Source: Nannocystis bainbridge (GTDB taxonomy: Bacteria > Myxococcota_A > Polyangia > Nannocystales > Nannocystaceae). From it: a DNA stretch of 64,000 nucleotides. The stretch is taken from NCBI RefSeq assembly GCF_028368995.1, contig NZ_JAQNDL010000001.1, forward strand, positions 128,001-192,000. The letters are read 5' to 3'. Under the pieces are notes generated by a model. It was not told the origin of the DNA and did not search any database. It saw only the letters and a program-made list of their open reading frames with translations. Position 1 is the stretch's first letter, and every line of letters starts with the position of its first letter. The position numbers and the translations under genes are program-made. This document shows, in pieces, positions 35,370 to 44,394 of the stretch.

Positions 35370-36275
35370 GTGCGAGACCTTTGCGCCGCCCTGATCCAGC
35401 TCGGCAGCGGGGCCGATCCGGTCCCCAGCCTGGCCCGCGCCGCCGAACTCACGCGCGAAGCGCTGGCGCACGGCGCCGAGCTCGTCGTGTTGCCGGAAAA
35501 TTTCTGGGCCGTCGCCCCGCCCGGCCTCGATCGCCGGCCCTGGGCGGTCGACCTGAGCGCCCTCGGCCCGGGCGGCGATCTCCGCGGTGACCCGCCGCCG
35601 GTGCTGCGGCCGTTCCTGTCGCTCTCTCACGAGTACCCCGCCGCGGTGATCATCCTCGGCGGCCTGCCCGAGCTGCCGCCCACGGGCGGCGACGGCAAGT
35701 TCTACAACACTCTGGTCGCCGTGTTCGCCGGCCGCGTGGTCGCGGTCTACCGCAAGATCCACCGCTTCGACGCCACCTTGCCGGACGGTTCGCGCGCCTC
35801 CGAGTCCGACATCATCCTCGCGGGCGAGACTCCGCACGTGCTCGCGGCGCCGTTCGGCAAGATCGGCCTCAGCATCTGCTACGACCTCCGCTTCCCCGAG
35901 CTCTACCGCGCGCTCTCCGCGGCGGGCGCCGAGATCCTCGTCGTCCCCTCCGCCTTCACCCTCCTCACCGGCATCGACCACTGGGAGCCGCTCCTGCGCG
36001 CGCGCGCCATCGAGAACCAGGCCTACGTGCTCGCCCCGGCCCAGTACGGGCCCCACGGCCACGGCCGCCACAGCTTCGGCCACAGCCTCGCCGTCGATCC
36101 CTGGGGCGCCGTGATCGCCCAGGTCTCGCGCGGCGAGGGCCTGGCCCTCACCTGGCTGCGCGCCGACCTGCTCCAGCGCGTCCGCAGCGACCTGCCCGCG
36201 CTGACGCACCGCCGCCTCCACGGCGTAACTCCGGCCGAGGTCGTCACGTTGTCGGCCGACGAGACCCTGGCGTGA
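35370..36275 (+). CDS. Carbon-nitrogen hydrolase (Nit1/deaminated glutathione amidase-like)
   Basis: Triad motifs LPEN, YRKIHRFD, ICYDLRFPELYR; HWEPLLRARAIENQ; GHSLAVDPWG. Confidence 0.92.
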   Translation: MRDLCAALIQLGSGADPVPSLARAAELTREALAHGAELVVLPENFWAVAPPGLDRRPWAVDLSALGPGGDLRGDPPPVLRPFLSLSHEYPAAVIILGGLPELPPTGGDGKFYNTLVAVFAGRVVAVYRKIHRFDATLPDGSRASESDIILAGETPHVLAAPFGKIGLSICYDLRFPELYRALSAAGAEILVVPSAFTLLTGIDHWEPLLRARAIENQAYVLAPAQYGPHGHGRHSFGHSLAVDPWGAVIAQVSRGEGLALTWLRADLLQRVRSDLPALTHRRLHGVTPAEVVTLSADETLA

Positions 36276-36955
36276 CCGGCCCCGCCGGCGCCCCAGGTCG
36301 CGGCCCGAGCCCGGGCCGCAGCGCCCCGCCGGGCCTCCACCTCCTCATGGAGGGCTACCTCGACGGCGACGCGCGGGCCTTCGCCGCGCTGCATGCCGCC
36401 CTCCTCCCCCGCCTCACCGCCTTCCTCGTGCACCTCGTCCGCGACAGCGCCGCCGCCGATGACCTGGTCCAGGCGACCTGGCTCAAGGCCCACCTCGCCC
36501 GGTCCCGCTTCCAGGTCCAGGGCGCCAGCCCCGACGGCGCCGTGCAGGCCTGGTACTTCACGATCGCGCGCAACCTCGCGGTCGACCACCTGCGTGCCCA
36601 GGTCCGCGAGCGCCGCCGCCGCGACCCCGGCGAGCCCGACGGCGGCGAGCGCGACCGCCTGGCCGAGATCCCCTCCGACCTGCCGACCGCCGAGGAGCTG
36701 GAGATCGGCGAGGCCGAGGCGCAGGAGATCGCCTCGCGGGTGCGCGACGCGCTCGCCCAGTTGCCCGCCGGTCAACGCGAGATCGTCGAGCTCCACAAGT
36801 TCCAGGGCCTGAGCATGGCGGAGATCGCCGCTCGCCTGCGGATCCGCGAGGGCGCCGTGCGCGTCCGGGCCCATCGCGCTTACAAGGCCCTCGCGCGCTG
36901 GCTGACCCCGTCGCTGCGCGCCCTGCTGCTCCTGCTCGCGCGAGGTGGTGCTTGA
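36272..36955 (+). CDS. ECF RNA polymerase sigma factor
   Basis: ADDLVQATW, WYFTIARNLAVDHLR, LPAGQRE, GLSMAEIA, VRVRAHRA. Confidence 0.92.
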   Translation: MTGPAGAPGRGPSPGRSAPPGLHLLMEGYLDGDARAFAALHAALLPRLTAFLVHLVRDSAAADDLVQATWLKAHLARSRFQVQGASPDGAVQAWYFTIARNLAVDHLRAQVRERRRRDPGEPDGGERDRLAEIPSDLPTAEELEIGEAEAQEIASRVRDALAQLPAGQREIVELHKFQGLSMAEIAARLRIREGAVRVRAHRAYKALARWLTPSLRALLLLLARGGA

Positions 36956-37622
36956 CCGCTCCTCGCACCGCTTCCGGAGGTCGCGCGTGACCGCGGTCGA
37001 CGCCAAGAGCCTGATCGCCGGCGACCTCGCCGAGCGCCGGCGCGAGCGCCTGCAGCACTTCCGTCCGGCCTGGCTGCTCGCTGCCGCGATCCCGCTCGTC
37101 GGCCTCCTCGCCACCGGCGCGCGCGACGACCTGTGGGCCCAGCCGGCCTGGATCCTCGCGCTGCAAGCCTTCGTCTGGGGCCTCGCGCTGTTCGCCTTGC
37201 CCGCCCTCGGCCTCGGCTTGTGGTTCCCGGGGCGCGCCGCCCGGATCGCTCTCGGCCTCGTCGCCGCCGTCGTCGCCGTCCTCGTCGCCGCCGGACCTGC
37301 CCTCTTCGACATGTCCTATCCAACAGGAATGGAAGACCACCCGATCTACCAGATCGGCTGCGCCTCCCTCACGCTCGCGGCCGGCGCCCTGGTGCTGGCC
37401 ATCTGCGCCGTCAGCGGGGCCTTCGTCCAGCGGCGGCGCAGCGCTGGCGCGCTGTGGCTGGCCGCTGCGATCGCCCTCGTCGGGATCGTCACCACCACCT
37501 GGCACTGCGTCATCACCGGCCTCGATCACACGCTGCCCTCGCACCTCGGGGCCGGCGTCCTCATGCTCTTGCTCGCCGGCCTCGTCGGCGCCGCTTTGCA
37601 CCGGCGTCAGCGCGGCCCCTGA
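36945..37622 (+). CDS. Membrane anti-sigma candidate (NrsF/DUF1109-like)
   Basis: About six TM helices, IGC and WHC..LDH..SHL motifs; overlaps the ECF stop. Confidence 0.6.
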   Translation: MVLDRSSHRFRRSRVTAVDAKSLIAGDLAERRRERLQHFRPAWLLAAAIPLVGLLATGARDDLWAQPAWILALQAFVWGLALFALPALGLGLWFPGRAARIALGLVAAVVAVLVAAGPALFDMSYPTGMEDHPIYQIGCASLTLAAGALVLAICAVSGAFVQRRRSAGALWLAAAIALVGIVTTTWHCVITGLDHTLPSHLGAGVLMLLLAGLVGAALHRRQRGP

Positions 37623-37713
37623 AGCGGCCGTCGTGCCCCGGCGCCGATCTCGGCGCGACGATCGCTGAAGCATTCGCCGCACCGGCCCGCGATCTGCGAT
37701 AGGCTGCGCGCGC

Positions 37714-38769
37714 GTGGCCACCGAGCACCTCCTCACCCGTGGGTATGACACCATCCGCATCGTCCACGACGGTTGCGACCTCGTCACCGGCGAGGGCGAG
37801 GACAGCGTCGTCCAGTCCTTCGACGACGACCTCGAGGCGCGCTCGCACCTCGACTACGTCCTGAAGCGCATGCGTCGCGAGGGCTACGCGGTCAACAGCA
37901 AGCACGTCGTCCTCGACCAAGGCCAGCGCGACGCCGGCGAGGGGCTGTTCGAGTGGGACGCCGAGCATCACCGGCTCCGCTGCGTGTTCACCGACGACCA
38001 CGGCGTGCGCGTCCGTTGCAAGGTCCTGGCCCAGGCCGTCGACGCGCGCAGCGCCGTCAGCCTCCACGTCGTGTGCGACCCGGCCAACCCCGGCGACGAG
38101 CTGACCGACGCGCTGAGCGAGCAGCCGCTCCCGCGGGTGCGCAGCTTCATCTTCGACGCCCCCTTCCAGACGATCACGCGCCAGCGCGACAACAGCCCCG
38201 GGCGGCTCGACCACATCCTGCGCTCCTTGCCCGCGCTCGAGTCGGCCTACGTCGCCGGCGCGCCGGAGCTCGAGTCCTGTCATCACGCCCGCCTCAAGCA
38301 CCTGCATCTGCTCGGCGACCCGCTGCCGGCCGAGGTCCTCGACGGGCTTGCGGGCTGCGAATTCCCGGCCCTCGAGCGGCTCGTGCTGTGCCTCAGCCGC
38401 GACGACGAGCCCGCGCCGGTCGAAGACATCGTGCTCGCCCTGCGCGCCCTGCGAGCCCCCGCGCTTCAGCACGTTTATCTCTCCGGCTCCGACGATCTGG
38501 TGGCGCTGCTCGACGCCCTGGGCGCCGCGCCGCTGCCCCCCTCGTGGACCATCCTCTCGGTCGAGGGCGTCCTGCGCGACGAGGACGACCTGATCGAGGT
38601 CCTGCGCGCCCGCGCCGACGTGTTCGGCCGCCTCGGCCGCCTCGCCCTCCCGCTCGTCGACGACCTCTCCGACGAGGCCGCCACCCGCGCCGCCGAGCTC
38701 GTGCCGCGCGTCCTCGACTGCGACGAGCTGCCCGACCAGGTGCTGCCCAGCGTCTACGAGGAGTGGTGA
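37714..38769 (+). CDS. Hypothetical protein with WGR-like N-terminus and LRR-like region
   Basis: SF......ARSH...KRMRREGY segment followed by LPALESAY, LKHLHL, FPALERLVL, LQHVYL repeats. Confidence 0.6.
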   Translation: MATEHLLTRGYDTIRIVHDGCDLVTGEGEDSVVQSFDDDLEARSHLDYVLKRMRREGYAVNSKHVVLDQGQRDAGEGLFEWDAEHHRLRCVFTDDHGVRVRCKVLAQAVDARSAVSLHVVCDPANPGDELTDALSEQPLPRVRSFIFDAPFQTITRQRDNSPGRLDHILRSLPALESAYVAGAPELESCHHARLKHLHLLGDPLPAEVLDGLAGCEFPALERLVLCLSRDDEPAPVEDIVLALRALRAPALQHVYLSGSDDLVALLDALGAAPLPPSWTILSVEGVLRDEDDLIEVLRARADVFGRLGRLALPLVDDLSDEAATRAAELVPRVLDCDELPDQVLPSVYEEW

Positions 38770-38890
38770 GCTGTCCGCTCGGGCATGTTCAAAAAGACAT
38801 GTCCTGAGCGCCATCTGCGAGCGAGCGGCCGCTCGGACCGCACGCTGTCATCACGCATGTCCTATCGGACATGCCTTGAAGAGCATGTCC
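38767..38890. repeat. Two 14-bp-period arrays (3+3 units) between convergent genes
   Basis: 38767 tgagctgtcc, 38781 gggcatgttc, 38795 agacatgtcc; 38853 acgcatgtcc, 38867 ggacatgcct, 38881 gagcatgtcc. Confidence 0.88.
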
Positions 38891-38924
38891 TCCGCGCCAG
38901 CTTGTTGAGTCGCCCCCGCGGGCC

Positions 38925-39920
38925 TCACCCCTGCGTCGCCAGCCAGGCCGCGGTGCGCCGCAGCCCCTCGTCGAGCTCGACCTCCGCGCGGAACCCCAGC
39001 GACGCAGCGGCAGCCTGCGTCAGCGCGGCCGAGCGCGCGATCTCCCCCGCCCGCGCCGGCGCGAACCTGACGCCCGCGCCTTCCGCCCCGCAGGCGCGCT
39101 GCGCCGCTGCTGCCAGGTCGACGATCGCCAGCTCGCGCCCGGTGCCGATGTTGAGCCCCGCCGGCTCGGGCGGCCCGCCGGACATGTCCCCCGGGACATC
39201 TCCCGTCCTGGAGACGAGATCGGTCTCGACCGCCAGGTGGATCGCCCGGGCCACGTCGCCCACGTAGATCAGGTCGCGCGTCTGACTGCCGTCGCCGAAG
39301 ATCGTCAGCGGCTCGCCGCGGCGGGCCCGGGCCAGGAACGTCGCCACCACCCCCGAGTACGGGCTCGCCGGATCTTGTCGCGGCCCGTACACGTTGAACA
39401 GGCGCAGGCACACCGTCTGCACCCCGTGCAGCGGCCCCAGGCAGCCGAGGTACAGCTCGGCCGCGCGCTTGGCCGCCCCGTACGGCGACAGCGGCGCCGT
39501 CGGCTCGCTCTCCGCCACCGGCACCCGGCGCGGCTCGCCGTAGACCGCCGCCGACGACGCGAACACGAACCGGCGCGCCCCCGCGGCGGCCGCCCACAGC
39601 AGCAGCCGCGTCGTCGCGCGCAGATTGACGTCGAGGTCGTCGATCGGCGCCGCGAGCGAGCGCACCACCGAAGTCTGGGCTGCCAGGTGGACCACCGCCG
39701 CGAACGGCCCGAGCCCGGCCAGCGCGGGCTCCACCGCGCCGCGCACGTCGCCCTCGACCACCGCGACCTGCGGATCGCCTGCCCATTCGGACAGGTTCTC
39801 GCGCCGCCCGGTGCTGAAGTCGTCCAGCACCACCACTCGCCGGCCGGCCGCTCGCAGCGCCGCGACCGTGTGCGAGCCGATGAACCCGGCCCCGCCGGTC
39901 ACGAGCACCGCGTCGTTCAC
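38925..39920 (-). CDS. NAD-dependent epimerase/dehydratase (UDP-glucose 4-epimerase-like)
   Basis: VTGGAGFIGSH, ASSAAVYG, YGAAK (YxxxK), FNVYGPRQ, GDGSQTRD. Confidence 0.93.
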   Translation of the reverse strand: MNDAVLVTGGAGFIGSHTVAALRAAGRRVVVLDDFSTGRRENLSEWAGDPQVAVVEGDVRGAVEPALAGLGPFAAVVHLAAQTSVVRSLAAPIDDLDVNLRATTRLLLWAAAAGARRFVFASSAAVYGEPRRVPVAESEPTAPLSPYGAAKRAAELYLGCLGPLHGVQTVCLRLFNVYGPRQDPASPYSGVVATFLARARRGEPLTIFGDGSQTRDLIYVGDVARAIHLAVETDLVSRTGDVPGDMSGGPPEPAGLNIGTGRELAIVDLAAAAQRACGAEGAGVRFAPARAGEIARSAALTQAAAASLGFRAEVELDEGLRRTAAWLATQG

Positions 39921-39929
39921 CGGTCCAGC

Positions 39930-40391
39930 CTAGCAGCGCCGCGACGCCAGCGCGAACGGGTTCTCCGGCCACAGCGACGGCTCGCCCTGCACGATCTCGA
40001 GCTGCTGCTCCGCCAGCGGCAGCGCCATTTGGCGGTACAGCGGCGCCGTCGTGAACCCGTACGGCTCGCCGTCCCCGTTGCTGTACGCGAACATCACCCG
40101 GCGCACGCTCGCCAGGTGCAGCGCCGCCAGGCACATCGGGCACGGCTGCCCGCTCGCGTACACCGTGCAGTCGTCGAGCTTCGCGCGCCCGAGCGCCGCG
40201 CCGGCCGAGCGCAGCGCCAGCATCTCCGCGTGGGCCGAGGGGTCGGGTCGCAGGTGCAGCTCGTTCACCCCCTCGGCCACGATCTGCCCCGCGCGCACCA
40301 CCACCGCCCCGTACGGCCGCCCGCCGGCGCACACGTTGGTGCAGGCGAGCTCGAGCGCGCGCGCGAGGAACCGGTCGTCGTCGGTCACCAC
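39930..40391 (-). CDS. Nucleoside/guanine deaminase (cytidine deaminase fold)
   Basis: RPYGAVVV, AHAE, PCPMC zinc motifs. Start uncertain. Confidence 0.9.
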   Translation of the reverse strand: MVTDDDRFLARALELACTNVCAGGRPYGAVVVRAGQIVAEGVNELHLRPDPSAHAEMLALRSAGAALGRAKLDDCTVYASGQPCPMCLAALHLASVRRVMFAYSNGDGEPYGFTTAPLYRQMALPLAEQQLEIVQGEPSLWPENPFALASRRC

Positions 40392-40460
40392 CTCAGCATG
40401 CACGCACATCGCCCGTCGGCCACTCGCGCCGGCCTCCGCGCGGCGCCTCGCCGCCGCGGC

Positions 40461-41315
40461 TCACACCGCCAGTTGCACGCGGTGCACCGCCACCTCTTCG
40501 CGCCCGTGGGGCAGCTCGAGCCCCTCGCCGGAGAAGCGGGCGATCGCCACCGTCACGTTGTCGGGGCCGCCCGCCGCGCAGGCCGCCTCGGTCAGCGCCC
40601 GGCAGCAGCGCAGCGGGTCTTCGTAGCGGAGCATCAGCCCCAGGATCTGCTCGTCGGTGACGGGCCCGGTCAGGCCGTCGCTGCACAGCAGCAGCACGTC
40701 GCCGGCGCGCAGTTGGACCACGTCGAACTCGGGGCCCACGCGCGGCTGGACCCCGAGCGCTTGCAGCAGCACGTTGCGGTGCTCGTAGTCGCGGGCCTGG
40801 TCGGGGCGCAGGCGGCCGGCCGCGATCAGCTGACCGACAACGCTGTGATCGGTCGTGAGCTGCGTCAGCGCCCGGCCGCGGCGGATGTACGCCCGCGAGT
40901 CACCGACGTGGCCGATCAGCAATTCTGGCCCGAAGGCCAGGGCCGCGGTCAGCGTCGTGCCCATCCCGTGACGCGCCGGATCCTCGACCGCTGCGGCGCG
41001 GATCTTGTCGTTCACCGCCGTGATCGCCTCGTGCATCACGTCCTGCGCTGCGGCCGTGCTGGCGAACGGCGCCCTCGCCTGGACCACCGCCGCCAGCACG
41101 TCGACCGCGATCGCCGACGCCACGTCGCCGGCCGCCGCCCCGCCCATCCCGTCGCACACCGAGATCAGCGTCCCGTGCGACGTCAGCGGTTGCACGCGCT
41201 GGTGCGGCAGCAGCCCGCGCTCCGCGGTCTTGAGGTTCTGGACCACGAAGTGGTCCTCGTTGCGCTTGCGGACGCAACCCACCTCGGTCCTTGCGAACAC
41301 CTCGAGCTGCGCCAC
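40461..41315 (-). CDS. PP2C-family Ser/Thr phosphatase
   Basis: RKRNED, CDGMGG, GMGTT, HVGDSRAY, LCSDGL, GGPDNVT. Confidence 0.95.
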   Translation of the reverse strand: MAQLEVFARTEVGCVRKRNEDHFVVQNLKTAERGLLPHQRVQPLTSHGTLISVCDGMGGAAAGDVASAIAVDVLAAVVQARAPFASTAAAQDVMHEAITAVNDKIRAAAVEDPARHGMGTTLTAALAFGPELLIGHVGDSRAYIRRGRALTQLTTDHSVVGQLIAAGRLRPDQARDYEHRNVLLQALGVQPRVGPEFDVVQLRAGDVLLLCSDGLTGPVTDEQILGLMLRYEDPLRCCRALTEAACAAGGPDNVTVAIARFSGEGLELPHGREEVAVHRVQLAV

Positions 41316-41316
41316 C

Positions 41317-42645
41317 TCAGTGCATCCTCACCCGGAAGATCTGGTCCCCGACCCGGAACATATCGCCAGGTTGAAGGATGACATCCCCGCGGATCCGGAG
41401 ATAGGTCCCGTTGGCCGAGCGGAGGTCGGTCAGCAGCACCGTCATCGCGTCTCCGCGCAGCTCCATCGCCAGCTGCGCGTGTTGCCAGCTGACGAAGGGG
41501 TCGGTGGGGAAGATGATGTCGCCGAGCTCGCGTCCGAACACGATCTGCGGCGCGCGCAGGCAGTGGACCTCGGCTTCGGCCCCGCCGACCCCGATCAGCG
41601 TCAGCCGGCCCCACGCCGGCTGCATCGGCGTGCCGAACAGGCGCGTCGACGCGTCGTCGAGCTCTTGCTCGCGGGCGCCCGGGGGCAGGTTCTCGAGCCG
41701 CAGTAAATGATGACCGACCAGGAAGAGATCGCCCGGAAACACCGGTTCCGGCCGCGAGATCCGGACATAGACCCCGTTGCGCGATCCCAGATCGCCCAGG
41801 CGCACGCCCCCGCCGGCCGCCGGCTCGAGGCGGGCGTGGGCCGGGCTCAGGAACTCGTCGCTCGGGAACATCAGGTCGCCCTGCTTGCGGCCGATCGTCA
41901 GCGCCCCGCGCAGCGCCACCGACTCGCCCTCCGAGCCGTCGCGCTTCACCAGCACGATCCGCAGCGGCGCCGCCCCCGACGAGCGGCGCGAAGACTCGAC
42001 CGCCAGCCTCGCCATCGGCGCCGACCACGACGGCCCGTCTGGCGAGCCGCTCACCGCCACCGACGCCTGCTCGGCCGCCGGCGTCGCCTGACCCATGCGC
42101 GCCGTGTCGCCCGGGCCTGGGGTGTCGCGGGGCACCGGCGCCCCGTCCTCGCTGCTCCCCCGCGGGATCACGCGGGCCTGGCCCCACGAGCCGCCGTCAG
42201 CCGCCTCGACGCGGCCGGCCGGCGTGCTGCTCTCGGCCGCGACCTCGGCCGGGCTGGCGTTCGGGACAGGTGCGTCCGGTTGCGGCGCCGGGCTCGCCGG
42301 GACGATCCCTGCCTCCGCCTCCGCGGCCGGTTCGACCGCGGAAGAACGCGGCCCCGGATCGGGTATCGCAGGTCGTGCCGGCTCCACCTCGCCCGTCCCG
42401 TCGAGCAAGCGCCGCGGGATCAGCTTCATGCTCTGGGTGGTGGGACGCGGCCGGCGAGAGTGCACGCGGAGGCCGCAGATCTGGCAGAACTCGAAGCCAG
42501 CGCCGAGCGGCTGCCCGCAGCGCGCGCACTTCGGGAGTGCGCTCACTGGCGCCGGCGGCGTCAGGCGATAACCGCAGATCTCGCACGCGACGGCCTCTGG
42601 GGCGTGTTCGGTGCCACAGGCGGGACAGGGGATCCACTCCGTCAT
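41317..42645 (-). CDS. Double zinc-ribbon plus tandem FHA domain protein
   Basis: Four CxxC pairs at the N-terminus, low-complexity linker, two FHA domains (GR..SPAHA..SRNG; GR..SWQHA..SANG). Confidence 0.88.
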   Translation of the reverse strand: MTEWIPCPACGTEHAPEAVACEICGYRLTPPAPVSALPKCARCGQPLGAGFEFCQICGLRVHSRRPRPTTQSMKLIPRRLLDGTGEVEPARPAIPDPGPRSSAVEPAAEAEAGIVPASPAPQPDAPVPNASPAEVAAESSTPAGRVEAADGGSWGQARVIPRGSSEDGAPVPRDTPGPGDTARMGQATPAAEQASVAVSGSPDGPSWSAPMARLAVESSRRSSGAAPLRIVLVKRDGSEGESVALRGALTIGRKQGDLMFPSDEFLSPAHARLEPAAGGGVRLGDLGSRNGVYVRISRPEPVFPGDLFLVGHHLLRLENLPPGAREQELDDASTRLFGTPMQPAWGRLTLIGVGGAEAEVHCLRAPQIVFGRELGDIIFPTDPFVSWQHAQLAMELRGDAMTVLLTDLRSANGTYLRIRGDVILQPGDMFRVGDQIFRVRMH

Positions 42646-42893
42646 CGGCGTCGTGCCTGGAGAAGGCTTGCCAGGGTCGCTCGCGTGGGATAGACCCGCG
42701 CTCGCCCGCTATTCGCCCCGCCAGGGTACCCGTCCGGCTCGGACCGCGTCAATTGAGCGTCGCCATTGCACAGTCAGGCTCGTCGCCGTCGCCCGCCGGG
42801 CCCGAGCAGTCGTCAACGCCCGCAGGTCGGCCCCTGCAGCCCTCGCCGCGCGCCTCGTGCTCGCGAGTCGGCCGCGGCCGGGACCCCGGACCC

Positions 42894-44285
42894 GTGGTTT
42901 CACGGCCTCGCGGCCCCGGATCGCCTCCCGCCCGCGGATCACGCCTCGCGCGTGCCGTCCTGGCCGTCGCCCTCGCGCTGACCGCCCCGCTGCTGGCGGC
43001 CTGCGCCCCGATCGTGCGCCCGGCCAACTTCGCCGGCGCGCGCGACGTCGTCACCGACGCCTCGCTGCTCGGCCCGTTCGACGGCCAGGTCGTCGACGCC
43101 GCCACCAGCGAGCCGATCGCCGAGGCCACCGTGGTCGCCGTGTGGGCCTACGACCGCGGCGACGGCTTCATCGGCCCGTGGGGCTCGGAAACGACCAGCG
43201 TCACCACCGACGCCGCGGGCCGCTACCGGATCCCGCCGGCCAAGCTGACGGTGCGGGCCTCGACCGCGCGGCTCGTCGACGCCTACCTCATCGTCTACAA
43301 GCGGGGCTACGCCGGCTACCGCTCCGACACCGTGGCGATCGGCGGCCCGCGCTCCGACTTCACCGTGCGTCACAACCGGGTCGAGCTGCGCAAGTGGCAG
43401 AACAGCGACTCGCACGCCGAGCACCTGCTGTTCCTCGCCCCGCCGCGGCCGCTGCACAAGGCCGTGCGCTGGGAGGCCGAGATCGCCAACCTCGACCTGT
43501 TCCGCGCCCTCGGCGGCGCCGGGGGACCGGCCGTCGTGATCGAGGAGGACGAGCCGGGCCAGGCGACCGCGCCGGTGGTCGCCGAGGTGCTCGACGCCAG
43601 CGGCCTGCTCACCCCCGACGAGGTCCGCCAGCGCACCGGCTACACCGAGGCCTTCGAGGTCAAGGACCTCGCCGATCTCAAGCGGACGGGCTTCTACCAC
43701 GGCGTCCACCTGCAGGCGACCGACAGCGACGAGCGCCACGACCTCGCGCTGCGGGTGTGGAGCGCCCCGCCCGGCGGCATGGATCCGGTCGCGGCGACCA
43801 TCCAGGAGACCTTCGGCAAGGTCAAGCCGGCCGGCGACATCACCCCGGAGACGTGGAGCACCACCGCCGACGGCGTGCACGCGATCGGCTTCGTCGACCG
43901 CCAGCAGAAGATCGGCGTGCTGCTGACCTGCGGCGACCAGCAGTGCCACGACCTCGACACCGCGCTGATCCTCGCCAAGCACGTCTACCGCAACCTCGAT
44001 CGCCTCAAGGCGGTCGCCGATCCCAACGCCGGCGCGGCACCGGCCGCTCCCGCCGCCCCGGACCAGCCCAGCGTCCCCAGCGGCGCCGTCCCCGGAAGGC
44101 CCGCCGCCCCGACCGGCGCTGGCGCCAGCAACCCCGCCGGCGTCGCCAGTCCCAAGGGACAGGGCAATTCGACCATGTCCCCCGAGTCAGGTCCCACCAC
44201 CGGCGGCACCGGCTCGAAGGGCCCGGGCGCCACGACCACCTCCCCCGCGCCAGGCCAGCCGGCCGGGAAGGGCAAGCGCCCATGA
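42894..44285 (+). CDS. Lipoprotein with carboxypeptidase-regulatory-like domain and disordered tail
   Basis: Lipobox LLAAC; GQVVDAATSEPIAEATV...TTDAAGRYRIP. Start uncertain. Confidence 0.7.
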   Translation: MVSRPRGPGSPPARGSRLARAVLAVALALTAPLLAACAPIVRPANFAGARDVVTDASLLGPFDGQVVDAATSEPIAEATVVAVWAYDRGDGFIGPWGSETTSVTTDAAGRYRIPPAKLTVRASTARLVDAYLIVYKRGYAGYRSDTVAIGGPRSDFTVRHNRVELRKWQNSDSHAEHLLFLAPPRPLHKAVRWEAEIANLDLFRALGGAGGPAVVIEEDEPGQATAPVVAEVLDASGLLTPDEVRQRTGYTEAFEVKDLADLKRTGFYHGVHLQATDSDERHDLALRVWSAPPGGMDPVAATIQETFGKVKPAGDITPETWSTTADGVHAIGFVDRQQKIGVLLTCGDQQCHDLDTALILAKHVYRNLDRLKAVADPNAGAAPAAPAAPDQPSVPSGAVPGRPAAPTGAGASNPAGVASPKGQGNSTMSPESGPTTGGTGSKGPGATTTSPAPGQPAGKGKRP

Positions 44286-44394
44286 CCGCCGAACGCTCCT
44301 CCTGGCTGCACCGCCTGTCCCTGAGGACAGGGCGCAAAGACCCTGGCCCCGAGGCCAGCCCGGTCGCCGCCGACCTGTCCCCCGGGACAGCCCG
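44143..44394. repeat. 14-bp-period arrays spanning the junction of two genes
   Basis: 44143 tcgccagtcc, 44157 ggacagggca, 44171 gaccatgtcc, 44185 agtcaggtcc; 44311 ccgcctgtcc/44325 ggacagggcg; 44371 cgacctgtcc/44385 ggacagcccg. Confidence 0.75.

Noticed and set aside
44314-44331. CTGT-N8-ACAG as a LexA SOS box
   Set aside because: Some coding copies fit the E. coli-type box, but they lie inside genes or after stops of non-SOS genes, most intergenic copies have CATG cores, and the characterised Myxococcus LexA box differs.
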